Of a stretch of 64,000 nt of DNA, positions 53,459-62,970 are shown piece by piece; within the stretch, counting starts at the first letter, position 1; each line of letters opens with the position of its first letter. Source of the stretch: a virus; the IMG/VR virus record IMGVR_UViG_3300020474_000008, positions 5,603 through 69,602 of that record; one strand, 5' to 3'. Under the pieces are notes generated by a model. The model ran no database searches and had not been told where the DNA came from. It saw nothing but the letters and a program-made list of their open reading frames with translations. A program made the translations under genes and the position numbers.

Positions 53459-54535
53459 TCAAGCAGATTGGTCATTGTCAATCATTTGGAAGTCAGCATC
53501 AACCTTGTCATACAGTTCCAAGAAGGATGCTTTGGTCTCTTCATCAAAGCGATTGATGCAGACACTGATTGCTTTCTCCTTGCTATTGAAGATGCTGAAA
53601 GCATTGATGATGTGAACCAGACGACGTGTGCTGATGATATCCTCAATACCACCATCATAGAAGGTCTTGCGAATGATGTCTGCCCAATCCACAAGGTGCT
53701 TACAGAAGGCACGATCCTCAATACCCAGGTCCAGAGCAATGCCTTCAAGGATCTTCTGCTCAGTGGCAGGAGAGGGATAGGACTGCTCAAAGGTCACAGG
53801 GAACCTTTCAAGGAATGCTTCATTCAAGACATTGGTGCCAATGAAACGTCCATCATCAGAACCCTTACCCTTGGTGTTGGCAGTAGCAATGATCTGGAAA
53901 CCTTTCTTAGGAGTGATGTACTGACCAGTCTTTTTCAGGAACAGACCTTTACCTTCAAGAATGGATTGGAGACAGAGGATTTTGTTTGAAGCAAGGTCAA
54001 TCTCATCCAGTAGCAGGACTGCTCCTCTTTGGAGTGCTTCAATGACAGGTCCATTATGCCATACAGTTTCCCCATTAACAAGACGAAAGCCACCAATAAG
54101 ATCATCTTCATCAGTTTCAATGGTGATGTTTACACGAATCAGTTCTCTTTTGAGTTGGGCACACGCTTGCTCAACACAGAACGTTTTGCCATTGCCAGAG
54201 AGACCTGTAATGAACGCAGGGTAGAAAAGATTGGACTTAATAATTTTTTTAATATCTGCGAAATTACCAAACTGGACGAAGGTATCATCTTTTACTGGGA
54301 TAAGGTTCTGTTCAAAAGCAGGTTGTGCAGCAGGTGCATCAAAAGACTGTTCAAGCTGCTCCTTTACAGTTAGGTTCCACTTACCACGACCAACTTTGTA
54401 GTCATCAAGTTTTTTAGTAACAGTCTGATAGGTAGTACCATTCATTGCACACCAGGCACGAATGTCAGCAGCAACTACTTCAGATCCATACAGGTTGTTG
54501 AGAGAGGAGAGGAGGTATTCAGTGGAGAGTGCCAT
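53459..54535 (-). CDS. cobS: MoxR/CobS-like AAA+ ATPase
   Basis: GLSGNGKT, LLDEID, ATANTKG, NEAFLERF, STRR. Confidence 0.92.
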   Translation of the reverse strand: MALSTEYLLSSLNNLYGSEVVAADIRAWCAMNGTTYQTVTKKLDDYKVGRGKWNLTVKEQLEQSFDAPAAQPAFEQNLIPVKDDTFVQFGNFADIKKIIKSNLFYPAFITGLSGNGKTFCVEQACAQLKRELIRVNITIETDEDDLIGGFRLVNGETVWHNGPVIEALQRGAVLLLDEIDLASNKILCLQSILEGKGLFLKKTGQYITPKKGFQIIATANTKGKGSDDGRFIGTNVLNEAFLERFPVTFEQSYPSPATEQKILEGIALDLGIEDRAFCKHLVDWADIIRKTFYDGGIEDIISTRRLVHIINAFSIFNSKEKAISVCINRFDEETKASFLELYDKVDADFQMIDNDQSA

Positions 54536-54557
54536 AGTGGTTTGTTTCAACAATCAT

Positions 54558-54614
54558 ATTATAAAGGATGGAGCAGGGTCAGACCCTGCTCAGTGGACAG
54601 TGTGTGGACTGGTT
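54558..54614 (-). promoter_or_regulatory. promoter region with CAGT-N6-ACTG motif
   Basis: AACCAGT-N6-ACTGTCC, then a GAGCAGGGTC palindrome, then TATAAT. Confidence 0.55.
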
Positions 54615-54616
54615 TG

Positions 54617-56689
54617 TCAGGCAACCAATTCCATGAACTTACCAAGAACTTTTTTATTTAGTGCCTTGGTTTTAAGATTCTTAACAAAAGCAGACTTGAT
54701 TTTTGCTTTGGAAGCACCTTCCTCAACTTCAAAATCAGCATCATTGTTAAGTGCAGAAGTCATCATAGCAAAGTAAGAAGTGTAACCAGTGCCTTTGATA
54801 TCATAATACTTCTGTTTCTGAATCTTTTTCATATCAGAATCAGCAATCCATTCATACCTTTTGATGAAGGATGAAAATTCTCTACCACCACAAAGACGAA
54901 TACCAATGAAATTACAGTCTTTGTTCTCCTCTTTTAGATTTTCAAGAAGAACTTGTGTGAACTGATAGTATTCATGTGAGAACATATAGGTGTGACCTGT
55001 CTTCCTGTTACGGAGGTAAGAAGTGCCTGCATATACATGCTTACAACCTCTGCCACCATATGCACCCTCCCTTGCCATCATAAGGGAGTTTGCTTCACCA
55101 TCAGTCAAGATAAAGCAGTTTACCTTTTGAAGTCCATGCATTTTTTTGAATGCAGGGATAATCTTGTGAAGTGCAATGATTGACTCATTCAATGGAGTTC
55201 CAGACAGACCAAACTCTGCTGGGTAGTTGTATGCACCATAACTCCTGAAATTGTTTGCAAGTCTGAAAAGAGACAGCATCTGCTTTTCCAATTCTTTTTT
55301 CTTGACACGACTAGTCAGAAAATTCATCAACTTGAAATCACCAGAGAGAATGAACTTACCCTCTTCCCAAACATGTGGTGTTCTTTCTTCATCAGCATCT
55401 CTGACATATGTGGTAGTGAAGGCATACACATCAAATGGGATGTTGCACTTATTACAGAACCAAATCAGATTGAAGAGTTGCTTGATTGTACTCACAATAG
55501 AGTCAGCCATAGAACCAGACCAATCAAGGATAAAAATCAAACCATGATTCTTACCATCAGGAAGAATAGTTACCTTCTTGAAAAGGTCTTCATTGTACTT
55601 GTAAGTATGAAGTTTGGTGCAATCAAGAACACCAGTCCTAGAAGTAGCAGCACGAGCATAGGCATCAGCAGACTTCCTACATTCAAACTCCTTCACCAGA
55701 TAATTGACTTCCTTCTGTGCTGACTTTTTGAACTCAGCATACTGATGGTCTACCCACTTATAAACTTCATCTTCACTCTTTGAATAAAGATCCTCTGCCC
55801 AGTCAAACTTTTGTCTGATTTCAGAGAAGGGCACAATGATTTTATCTAGTTCAAAATCAGGAACTTCAATGTATTCATTCTCCTGCCCTGCTTCCAAGTT
55901 ACCATTGAACTCTTCAACACGTTCTTCAAAGGTCTGATCAGTCTGAACTTGTGGTTCAGCATTCTCAACAATCTCTTCTTCAATCAACTCTTCATATTTG
56001 GTCTCATCAGGACCAAGGTCAGGGCGTTCTTCCTCAGAATCACCAGATGCTTCTGGTGGTGGAGTCTGCTGCTGTTGCTCCTGTTGCTCACCACCTTCTG
56101 CACCACCAGTCTGTGGTGGTTGAATCATAGGTTGTGACTCTTGCTTAGGTTTCTTACAATAAGCATACAGTGCCTTTGCTGCTGCTACTGCATCCTCAAA
56201 GGTCTCAGCATCACCAATCTGTTTGATGATATCCATCTCATCATCATAGAGAGGGATGTCAACATAATCACCAATCTTGAAGTACAGGTTGGCACGATCT
56301 GCCAGGTTCATATCATCAACATTTTCATCCTCAATACAGAAGAAGTCATCCCTTGCCAGTTCTTTGTAACCAGCATTGAATGATTTGAATAGACCAGGAT
56401 ACTTACGTTTCATAAGTTTCTCAATGCGTGCGTCCTCTGTCACATTGACAAACTGTTGGGGCACAGTTCCTTCCCAACTCCAATCATCAGGAGTGAACAA
56501 TGCGTGTCCTACTTCATGACCCACAAGCATATCATAGACACTGTTGGAAGCACGTTTCCACATTGGCAGGGTCAATACCCTAGTCTCAACATTGAACTGT
56601 GCAGTTGCAACCTGCTTATGCTCAACCACAAGGTCCTCAGTAGCAAGCAACTTTGCTAGCTGGGACTTGACTTCATAGTTGACTGGCAT
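54617..56689 (-). CDS. HEXXH peptidase-like plus vWA (CobT-like) protein
   Basis: HEVGH, EDARIE, DWSGSM MIDAS, GTPL, LTDGE. Confidence 0.9.
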   Translation of the reverse strand: MPVNYEVKSQLAKLLATEDLVVEHKQVATAQFNVETRVLTLPMWKRASNSVYDMLVGHEVGHALFTPDDWSWEGTVPQQFVNVTEDARIEKLMKRKYPGLFKSFNAGYKELARDDFFCIEDENVDDMNLADRANLYFKIGDYVDIPLYDDEMDIIKQIGDAETFEDAVAAAKALYAYCKKPKQESQPMIQPPQTGGAEGGEQQEQQQQTPPPEASGDSEEERPDLGPDETKYEELIEEEIVENAEPQVQTDQTFEERVEEFNGNLEAGQENEYIEVPDFELDKIIVPFSEIRQKFDWAEDLYSKSEDEVYKWVDHQYAEFKKSAQKEVNYLVKEFECRKSADAYARAATSRTGVLDCTKLHTYKYNEDLFKKVTILPDGKNHGLIFILDWSGSMADSIVSTIKQLFNLIWFCNKCNIPFDVYAFTTTYVRDADEERTPHVWEEGKFILSGDFKLMNFLTSRVKKKELEKQMLSLFRLANNFRSYGAYNYPAEFGLSGTPLNESIIALHKIIPAFKKMHGLQKVNCFILTDGEANSLMMAREGAYGGRGCKHVYAGTSYLRNRKTGHTYMFSHEYYQFTQVLLENLKEENKDCNFIGIRLCGGREFSSFIKRYEWIADSDMKKIQKQKYYDIKGTGYTSYFAMMTSALNNDADFEVEEGASKAKIKSAFVKNLKTKALNKKVLGKFMELVA

Positions 56690-56711
56690 AGTGTCTCTTG
56701 CTTATGTGAAT

Positions 56712-56767
56712 AGTCTACATCATCCAGGAGGTTTTCAAACCCCTTGCAACCACTTCCTAAACTGTCA
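56712..56767 (-). promoter_or_regulatory. promoter region with CAGT-N6-A(G/C)TG motif
   Basis: TGACAGT-N6-AGTGGTT upstream of TAGACT. Confidence 0.5.
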
Positions 56768-56838
56768 CACGCACCAACCCCCCACACTTATTTAAGGTGC
56801 AGGGGGCTTTGGTCTTGAACTCCTTTTAAGGTTTTTTG

Positions 56839-57009
56839 CTAGTTCTCAGTTAGGATGTGTCTGCAAAATCTCCTTGCTTGATGGTCTATTATACCACATT
56901 CAGAGATGCACTGGAAGTAATCGGAAACTTGGTCGTATTTCTCATTTTGAGTGTTTTTTTGATCCCACTTCCAGGATGCTAGTTCATTATGTGATATTAG
57001 GTTGTGCAT
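56839..57009 (-). CDS. 56-aa Cys-containing peptide (not in ORF track)
   Basis: MHNLISHNELASW...DYFQCISECGIIDHQARRFCRHILTEN; strong SD GAGGAGG. Confidence 0.7.
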   Translation of the reverse strand: MHNLISHNELASWKWDQKNTQNEKYDQVSDYFQCISECGIIDHQARRFCRHILTEN

Positions 57010-57051
57010 GATAACCTCCTCATCTCACTATCAATATTTAGTCATCGTATG

Positions 57052-57189
57052 CTAACTTAATGTATTTTCTGTTACATTTAACTTCTTCTTCAAGAACTTT
57101 AATGCTTCTTTACGTTGCCTAACTGCCTGTGGTTTTAGGTGAACTTTCTGGATCTTCTTGGAGTGATGCTGCCAGTTTGGAGTGTTCAT
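57052..57189 (-). CDS. 45-aa basic peptide (not in ORF track)
   Basis: MNTPNWQHHSKK...LKPQAVRQRK. Confidence 0.55.
   Translation of the reverse strand: MNTPNWQHHSKKIQKVHLKPQAVRQRKEALKFLKKKLNVTENTLS
57061..57076. promoter_or_regulatory. NtcA-box candidate
   Basis: TGTA-ACAGAAAA-TACA on the - strand = GTA-N8-TAC, ~50 nt upstream of the 56-aa ORF. Confidence 0.55.
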
Positions 57190-57285
57190 TGAGATACCTG
57201 TCAGATGCAGGGTCGGTTATTAGGGTCATAGTCTTACTGAATTCTGCCCCCATGTCAACAGGGCGTCTAACAAACTTGCCGTAGG

Positions 57286-58998
57286 TCATGGTTCTATCCT
57301 GGAAAAGTTGCCTTGTTTCTCAAATTTAATCACATTATCAAACTTATCTTCAAGACCTTCCTTGTGAGAGATAACAAAGATGTTAGCATCTTTGATTACA
57401 AATCTAATAATTTTAAGGAACTCTTCTGTACCAAACCCATCAAGAGATGAGTCAAAGACTTCATCCATGATAAGAAGATTGGTGTTTACAGAGTTCTTCA
57501 TCCTAGCAATCTCTCTCCAAGTAAAGAGTAAAGCAAGATCAATTCTCATCTTCTCTCCTTCTGAGAAAGAAGAGTATGAGAAATCTTCATGAATAGGTGA
57601 CTCAATAGTTTCAGTGAATTCTTCATCAAGTTTAAAGTTGATGTAAAAATCCATCATCTGCAAATACTTGTTTGCTTGTTGATTGATGACTGGAAGATAC
57701 TTCTTGATGATCTGGGTTTTTACTCCTCCATCTTTTAGGAGGTTGTATGTGAAATCAAGATAAGTAATCTTCTCTTTCTTGTCACTTATACTCTCAAAGG
57801 TGTCTTGAAGACTGACTCTGAACTGTTCTAGTTTTTCATGTTCAGTATTTCTGTCTGCAATTTGACTGGTAATAGTTTGAATTTCTTGTTCAATTCTTTT
57901 GATTTGTTTTTGACACCCATTGATATGAGAATTGTTTTGAGTAATGCCATTAAGTAACTTTGTGAGATCTCCTGAGATTTGCTTGAATTGAGCCTCTCTT
58001 TCTTCTTCACTTTTAATTGCCACAAGGAGTTCTTGATAACCCTTTTGCAATTCTGATGCTTTATTTTGAGAGGAACTAATTCTATTTAAGCGAAAGTTCT
58101 CTTCAATGTCCTGCTCACAGGTTGGGCAAACCCTATTTTCTGAAAAGAACTTGTGCTCTTTCACAATAGCATTAATCTTTCCAGAAAGTCTGCCTTTAAT
58201 GTTACTAAACTCTACAAGTTTACTTTGTGATCCTTGAAGAGAGTTCATCTTCTCTTGAAGAACAACTACTTCTTTATTGATACCATCATTTCTATGCATG
58301 TAATCATTCTCTTCTGTGAGGAGAGAAGCAATTCTATGCTCTTTGTAACTAATATCTTCCTTACTTTGATTCTCAATCTGTTCAATAAAGTTCTTTTGCA
58401 TATCTACTTTATCTTTCAGACTCTCTTTCTTCAATTCAAGAGTTCTGACTTCATCCTTAACAAGACGAATCCTCTGCTTTACAATCTCATTCATAGAGGA
58501 GAAGATCTTGATATCCAACAGATCTTCTACAACCTCTCTCCTGCTATTGCAAGGCAGCTGCATGAAGGGAACAAAAGAACTACTACCTAGAATAACAATC
58601 TGTGTGAAAGACTTGTAGTTCATCTTCAACACATTTTGTTCCAACCACTTCTGCTGGTCAATAGCAGAAGCATTCTGATTCATTTCCTCACCATCTCTAT
58701 ATAACTTGAAGATGTTAGGTTTGATACCTCTCTCCACCTTCCAGTCAATATTGTTTACAGTAAACTCAATCTCTACAAAACAGTTCTTCTCATTTGTAGT
58801 ATTGATCAGTTGACCTTTGTTAATCTTTCTGAATGACTTACCATACAAAGAAAAGGTAAGGGCATCCAAGATGGTGCTCTTACCTGCTCCATTGCTACCA
58901 ATAATCAGTGATGTAGGGGCATCATCTAGTTTTACAGTTGTGGGATGATTCCCTGTACTCAAAAAGTTCTTCCAGGTAATGCTCTTAAAAATTATCAT
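57286..58998 (-). CDS. recombination exonuclease ATPase subunit (T4 gp46, SbcC/Rad50-like)
   Basis: GSNGAGKS, CPTC hook, FSEGE, MDEVFD. Confidence 0.97.
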   Translation of the reverse strand: MIIFKSITWKNFLSTGNHPTTVKLDDAPTSLIIGSNGAGKSTILDALTFSLYGKSFRKINKGQLINTTNEKNCFVEIEFTVNNIDWKVERGIKPNIFKLYRDGEEMNQNASAIDQQKWLEQNVLKMNYKSFTQIVILGSSSFVPFMQLPCNSRREVVEDLLDIKIFSSMNEIVKQRIRLVKDEVRTLELKKESLKDKVDMQKNFIEQIENQSKEDISYKEHRIASLLTEENDYMHRNDGINKEVVVLQEKMNSLQGSQSKLVEFSNIKGRLSGKINAIVKEHKFFSENRVCPTCEQDIEENFRLNRISSSQNKASELQKGYQELLVAIKSEEEREAQFKQISGDLTKLLNGITQNNSHINGCQKQIKRIEQEIQTITSQIADRNTEHEKLEQFRVSLQDTFESISDKKEKITYLDFTYNLLKDGGVKTQIIKKYLPVINQQANKYLQMMDFYINFKLDEEFTETIESPIHEDFSYSSFSEGEKMRIDLALLFTWREIARMKNSVNTNLLIMDEVFDSSLDGFGTEEFLKIIRFVIKDANIFVISHKEGLEDKFDNVIKFEKQGNFSRIEP

Positions 58999-59257
58999 CA
59001 GATTTGTCTGGTGGGATCACAATGTCATTTTTGGATATAATAGCATACCTATGTCCATGTGTCTCACAGGTATGAATCATTAAGTCACTTTCTATTTCTA
59101 TTACATGCATCAGAGGATAATCTAGTTCCTCTAACTGCATAGAGTATCTCATAGCATCATCTTCTTCTTCAAAGATGTAAAGGACTTGTTCTCCTTCATC
59201 ATCTAATACTGAGTATGCTCCATCCTTTTCTTTACCTGCTACTGTAATTATGTACAT
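58985..59257 (-). CDS. hypothetical protein
   Basis: 90-aa ORF between g47 and g46. Confidence 0.75.
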   Translation of the reverse strand: MYIITVAGKEKDGAYSVLDDEGEQVLYIFEEEDDAMRYSMQLEELDYPLMHVIEIESDLMIHTCETHGHRYAIISKNDIVIPPDKSDDNF

Positions 59258-60297
59258 ACTTCACAAGCTTCCTCATAGACATCCTTGATGAGAGACTTCA
59301 CCATTGATTTATCAAGAGCAAATTCTGCTTCCTCAATATATCTATTCAGGATTGAAAAGGTGTCTTCTGTTTCCAAGTCTTCACTTTTGGTGAAGTATCC
59401 ATGATTGTAATCATAGTTCTCTACAATCTTCAAGTCTGCTACTTTGACATCATAGAGTTTATCAACAAACTTTTCAAAGGCAGCAGTATCTGACTTGTTC
59501 TTCACAATCACCTTAATGATCTTGTTGTGATAAGGTGTAGCATCAAACATCTGATATGGAGTGTCATCATAGTAGATGTTGTGGAAGAGTCTGAATGGGT
59601 TATTGATGTATTCAAATTCCAAATCATGAGTGTTTAAAATGATGAAACCTCTGTCATCATTCACATCATTCCAGAACATCTCATAGGGATTGCCTATGTA
59701 GAAGATTCGTCCATCATTTGACCTTGTATGGTAATGACCCGAAAATACCCTGAGGAACTTCTGATATAGTTCGCTTTCCATACCATGGTCCATGACGAGT
59801 CCTTTATGAGGTTTAAATCCATTGAGTTCAAGGTGCCCCATCGCACAGTGGCAAGTTGAATCTTCAATAAATTTAAAAGTCGCTTCTTGATTGTCTTCAT
59901 TAATCCAGGGAATAAAAAGGATAGGTGTTTCATCAACAACTACCTCAGTTGCTTCTGAATATGTTATCACATTGTCATATTCATTGAGGAGAAGATCAAT
60001 AGAGTTAATGTTGTTGGTGTTCTTATAGTAAGCATCATGGTTTCCCACCATCAAATGCATGGTGATATTTCTTTCTTTGAGTGGATCAAACACCACTCTC
60101 TTTGCCCATTCTAGTGCTTTAAACTCAATGCCCTTTCTACTATCAAAAGCATCACCCATGTGAATCACAGTGGTGATACCTTCTTTGTCTAGTGTAGGAA
60201 AGAATACTTCATTGTAGAATTTTTCAAAATAATCATGAAACAACTTGGAACCTTTGCGTGCCCCATAGTGTGTGTCAGTAATAACTGCAACTCGCAT
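59248..60297 (-). CDS. recombination nuclease subunit (T4 gp47, SbcD/Mre11-like)
   Basis: TDTH, GD.FD, GNHD, GH, SGHYH. Confidence 0.96.
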   Translation of the reverse strand: MRVAVITDTHYGARKGSKLFHDYFEKFYNEVFFPTLDKEGITTVIHMGDAFDSRKGIEFKALEWAKRVVFDPLKERNITMHLMVGNHDAYYKNTNNINSIDLLLNEYDNVITYSEATEVVVDETPILFIPWINEDNQEATFKFIEDSTCHCAMGHLELNGFKPHKGLVMDHGMESELYQKFLRVFSGHYHTRSNDGRIFYIGNPYEMFWNDVNDDRGFIILNTHDLEFEYINNPFRLFHNIYYDDTPYQMFDATPYHNKIIKVIVKNKSDTAAFEKFVDKLYDVKVADLKIVENYDYNHGYFTKSEDLETEDTFSILNRYIEEAEFALDKSMVKSLIKDVYEEACEVCT

Positions 60298-60803
60298 CAG
60301 TTCCTCAATTTACTGTGGACAGCATCCTTGATAGAATTGTACTCGCTATAATTGCTGCTGTCAAGATCATTGGAGTCAAAGACCTCATCAAAGTTGGTCT
60401 TCTCTAGAATCTTGTTCTTGATTTCAAGTTGCTTCTTCTCTTGTTGAATCCTTCTCAGGAATGCATAGTAGATAATTTGAGTGAAGTATGCAAAAGGATT
60501 CTTAGACTTATCTGGATTAAAGTTATGGATGTATCTTACACAGTTTTCAATACCATCACAAATCATATCATCTTTGAACATGTAGTTCACAAAGTTTGGT
60601 TTGTATGACAGATGGTTAGCAATCTTCAAGAAGCATTCACCAATATACCTGGGAATCTGTGGTTTAGGATTACCTTTTTCCTTTGCTCTTTCAACATCAA
60701 TAGCATACTGTTCTAGGGCAGCCAAGAAATCCTTATTGTTGACATAGTGCTCTGATTTCTTTGGTCTTGCCATAGTAGTATAAGAAAAGGGCATAATAAT
60801 CAT
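60297..60803 (-). CDS. late-transcription sigma factor (T4 gp55)
   Basis: HYVNNK, PNF.NY, DMI.DG.EN, NPFAYFTQI; start may be 60773. Confidence 0.96.
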   Translation of the reverse strand: MIIMPFSYTTMARPKKSEHYVNNKDFLAALEQYAIDVERAKEKGNPKPQIPRYIGECFLKIANHLSYKPNFVNYMFKDDMICDGIENCVRYIHNFNPDKSKNPFAYFTQIIYYAFLRRIQQEKKQLEIKNKILEKTNFDEVFDSNDLDSSNYSEYNSIKDAVHSKLRN

Positions 60804-60818
60804 TTATCTACTGGAATT

Positions 60819-60869
60819 ATTATAACAGGAAAACAAAACGTTGACAACTATACACTTTACCAGTAGACT
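60819..60869. promoter_or_regulatory. overlapping divergent sigma70-type promoters
   Basis: - strand TTGTCA-N17-TATAAT (60819-60847); + strand TTGACA-N17-TAGACT (60841-60869). Confidence 0.55.
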
Positions 60870-60896
60870 AGGTTTGTTGCCTTTGAAAGATAAGCC

Positions 60897-61283
60897 TTAG
60901 CTAGATTTATAGAGTTTCTCTAAGACCTCTTTTGCATCTTGAACAGAGGAGAGATATCCCATCTTTCTATCTATCTGAGCATGATTACCTTTATGCATCT
61001 TTCTTATATAATCCTGGTAATAAAGAATCATTTCAATGTCTTCTGACTCAGACATTGTAAGAACATCATCTATGTTTACGATAAACATATCTTCTTTGGT
61101 TGACTTCAACCATGGTTCAAATTTATGTCCTACTATTGTTCCTCTTAACTTTACTTCTTCAACCACAATAGGGTTTGATACTAGAAGCATAGTTCTATCA
61201 TCATCTACTTCTGCTGCTACCTTGGCAAAGATCTCATCTCCACCTTTGAACTTGATTGTACAATAGAAATCATCTTCTAGCAT
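60897..61283 (-). CDS. hypothetical T4-like phage protein
   Basis: 128-aa ORF, GGAGG-type SD, between uvsW and g55. Confidence 0.8.
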   Translation of the reverse strand: MLEDDFYCTIKFKGGDEIFAKVAAEVDDDRTMLLVSNPIVVEEVKLRGTIVGHKFEPWLKSTKEDMFIVNIDDVLTMSESEDIEMILYYQDYIRKMHKGNHAQIDRKMGYLSSVQDAKEVLEKLYKSS

Positions 61284-61293
61284 ACACTCCCTC

Positions 61294-62757
61294 CTAGTCT
61301 TTTATGTTGACTGATATGATGTCATAATTGAATTGCTCTTGAACATAAATTTTCACTCTCTCAATAAAATGATTCAGTGTATAATTCTTTCTTGATCCCA
61401 AAGTTAGATCATCAGCAATATCATATAGTTTTGCTTTCACTTTGTCTTTGCCTTTTCTTAGGACTCTACCAATACTCTGTAAGTTACGAATACGAGATTT
61501 GGATGGAGAGGCAAATATTACATTGTGTAGATTCTTGATATTGATTCCTGTACTGAATGTTCCATAAGAAGCAACAATGATTGCATCATTCTGCTGCTCT
61601 GTAATTTCCCTTACTTTCTCTCTGTCTTCAGCATCTACACCACCATGAATAAAGAAGACCTTTCTGCCTTCCTTAACTTTTTTATTTATCATTTCGTAAA
61701 GTATGGCACCATGTGCTTCTACCCTACTGTATAGGATTAAAGTATTACCTTTTAAATCAATTGCAAGATTGGTAATGAATTTATTTCTTCTCTCATGACC
61801 AATAAGAAATTGAATCTCATCTTCATAAGTATCAAACTTCTTTGGTTTGTACTTTAATACAAGACATTGAATGTCTAATGTAGCAAGGTGACCTTCATCA
61901 ATGAGTTTCTTAGTTTGAGTGACCTTGTATGATGGACCAAACAGTCCCTCTAAGACCCACTTATGGGTCTGTGTGCCATCCAAAGTACCTGTGAAACCAT
62001 ATCTATACTTTGCATGATGCAACTTGTCCATAATGCCAACAAGAGACTTACTTTTAAAAAGGTGCGCCTCATCACCAATCACCACATCATATGCTTCAAA
62101 GAACTTTCTATCTAACTGATAGACAGATTGCCATGTGGTGATAGTTACCTCATTAGTATTGACTCTCTCCCTTCCAGCATAGATTCTGTGGCAGTGGTTC
62201 TCTGCATCCCACCCATAGTCCTGGAAGTCCTTAAACATCTGCTCTACAAGAGATGTGGTGGGAACTACTAGTAGAATCTTTCTACCAGCATTGACATGGA
62301 ATCTTACAATGGTGTAAATCATGAATGACTTACCAGATGCTGTTGGTGATATCAACAACTTCCTGTTATACTTTAATGCATCATGTACTGCATCAATTTG
62401 ATAGTCTCTGGGTTTGAGAGGTGTGATTGCTTTCATAAAGTCTTTCACACCTTCCTCTGAAATCATTTCATTGACTTCAAAAGGAGGACCATAAAATTTG
62501 TTGTGCTCAAACTCATATGAATATCCTGACTGCTCACAGAACGCTATAATCTTATCAAGAAGACCAACATAGATCCTCTTTGTTTTCATATTGAAAAGAT
62601 GCACATATCCATCCCAATACTTACTTCTGTACTGGGGCATAAATTTTTTATTAGGAACTTCAAAGGTGAACCTATCTCTTAACTCATATTCAATATGAGG
62701 TTCTGTTTTTACTTGTAGATAGACTTCATTAATCTTTTGAATAGTCAAATCTGCCAT
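61294..62757 (-). CDS. uvsW: RNA-DNA/DNA helicase UvsW
   Basis: RDYQ, PTASGKS, DEAH, TGT, QSIGR. Confidence 0.97.
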   Translation of the reverse strand: MADLTIQKINEVYLQVKTEPHIEYELRDRFTFEVPNKKFMPQYRSKYWDGYVHLFNMKTKRIYVGLLDKIIAFCEQSGYSYEFEHNKFYGPPFEVNEMISEEGVKDFMKAITPLKPRDYQIDAVHDALKYNRKLLISPTASGKSFMIYTIVRFHVNAGRKILLVVPTTSLVEQMFKDFQDYGWDAENHCHRIYAGRERVNTNEVTITTWQSVYQLDRKFFEAYDVVIGDEAHLFKSKSLVGIMDKLHHAKYRYGFTGTLDGTQTHKWVLEGLFGPSYKVTQTKKLIDEGHLATLDIQCLVLKYKPKKFDTYEDEIQFLIGHERRNKFITNLAIDLKGNTLILYSRVEAHGAILYEMINKKVKEGRKVFFIHGGVDAEDREKVREITEQQNDAIIVASYGTFSTGINIKNLHNVIFASPSKSRIRNLQSIGRVLRKGKDKVKAKLYDIADDLTLGSRKNYTLNHFIERVKIYVQEQFNYDIISVNIKD

Positions 62758-62784
62758 GATAAAACCTTCACCTGGTAGTATTTA

Positions 62785-62970
62785 TCAGGGATTTGAAAAA
62801 CTATGCTCCAATATAATTCTGTAAAAATGGTCTCTCATTGTGAGTAAATCTTCTTGCTCTACTGGTTCTCCACCAGACCATTTTTCACATGCTTGTTTGA
62901 GACCTGTATGTACAATACGAACTGCCTCTATTGGCAGTTCCAATCTGTAATACTGTGATTCGTCTTCCAT
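62785..62970 (-). CDS. hypothetical protein
   Basis: 61-aa ORF, TAATG-coupled to uvsY. Confidence 0.6.
   Translation of the reverse strand: MEDESQYYRLELPIEAVRIVHTGLKQACEKWSGGEPVEQEDLLTMRDHFYRIILEHSFSNP

Noticed and set aside
130-61266. All + strand ORFs in the track (e.g. 130..630, 16511..16966, 46998..47459, 53444..53989)
   Set aside because: They are antisense shadows of well-supported - strand genes or RNAs, with no recognisable motifs
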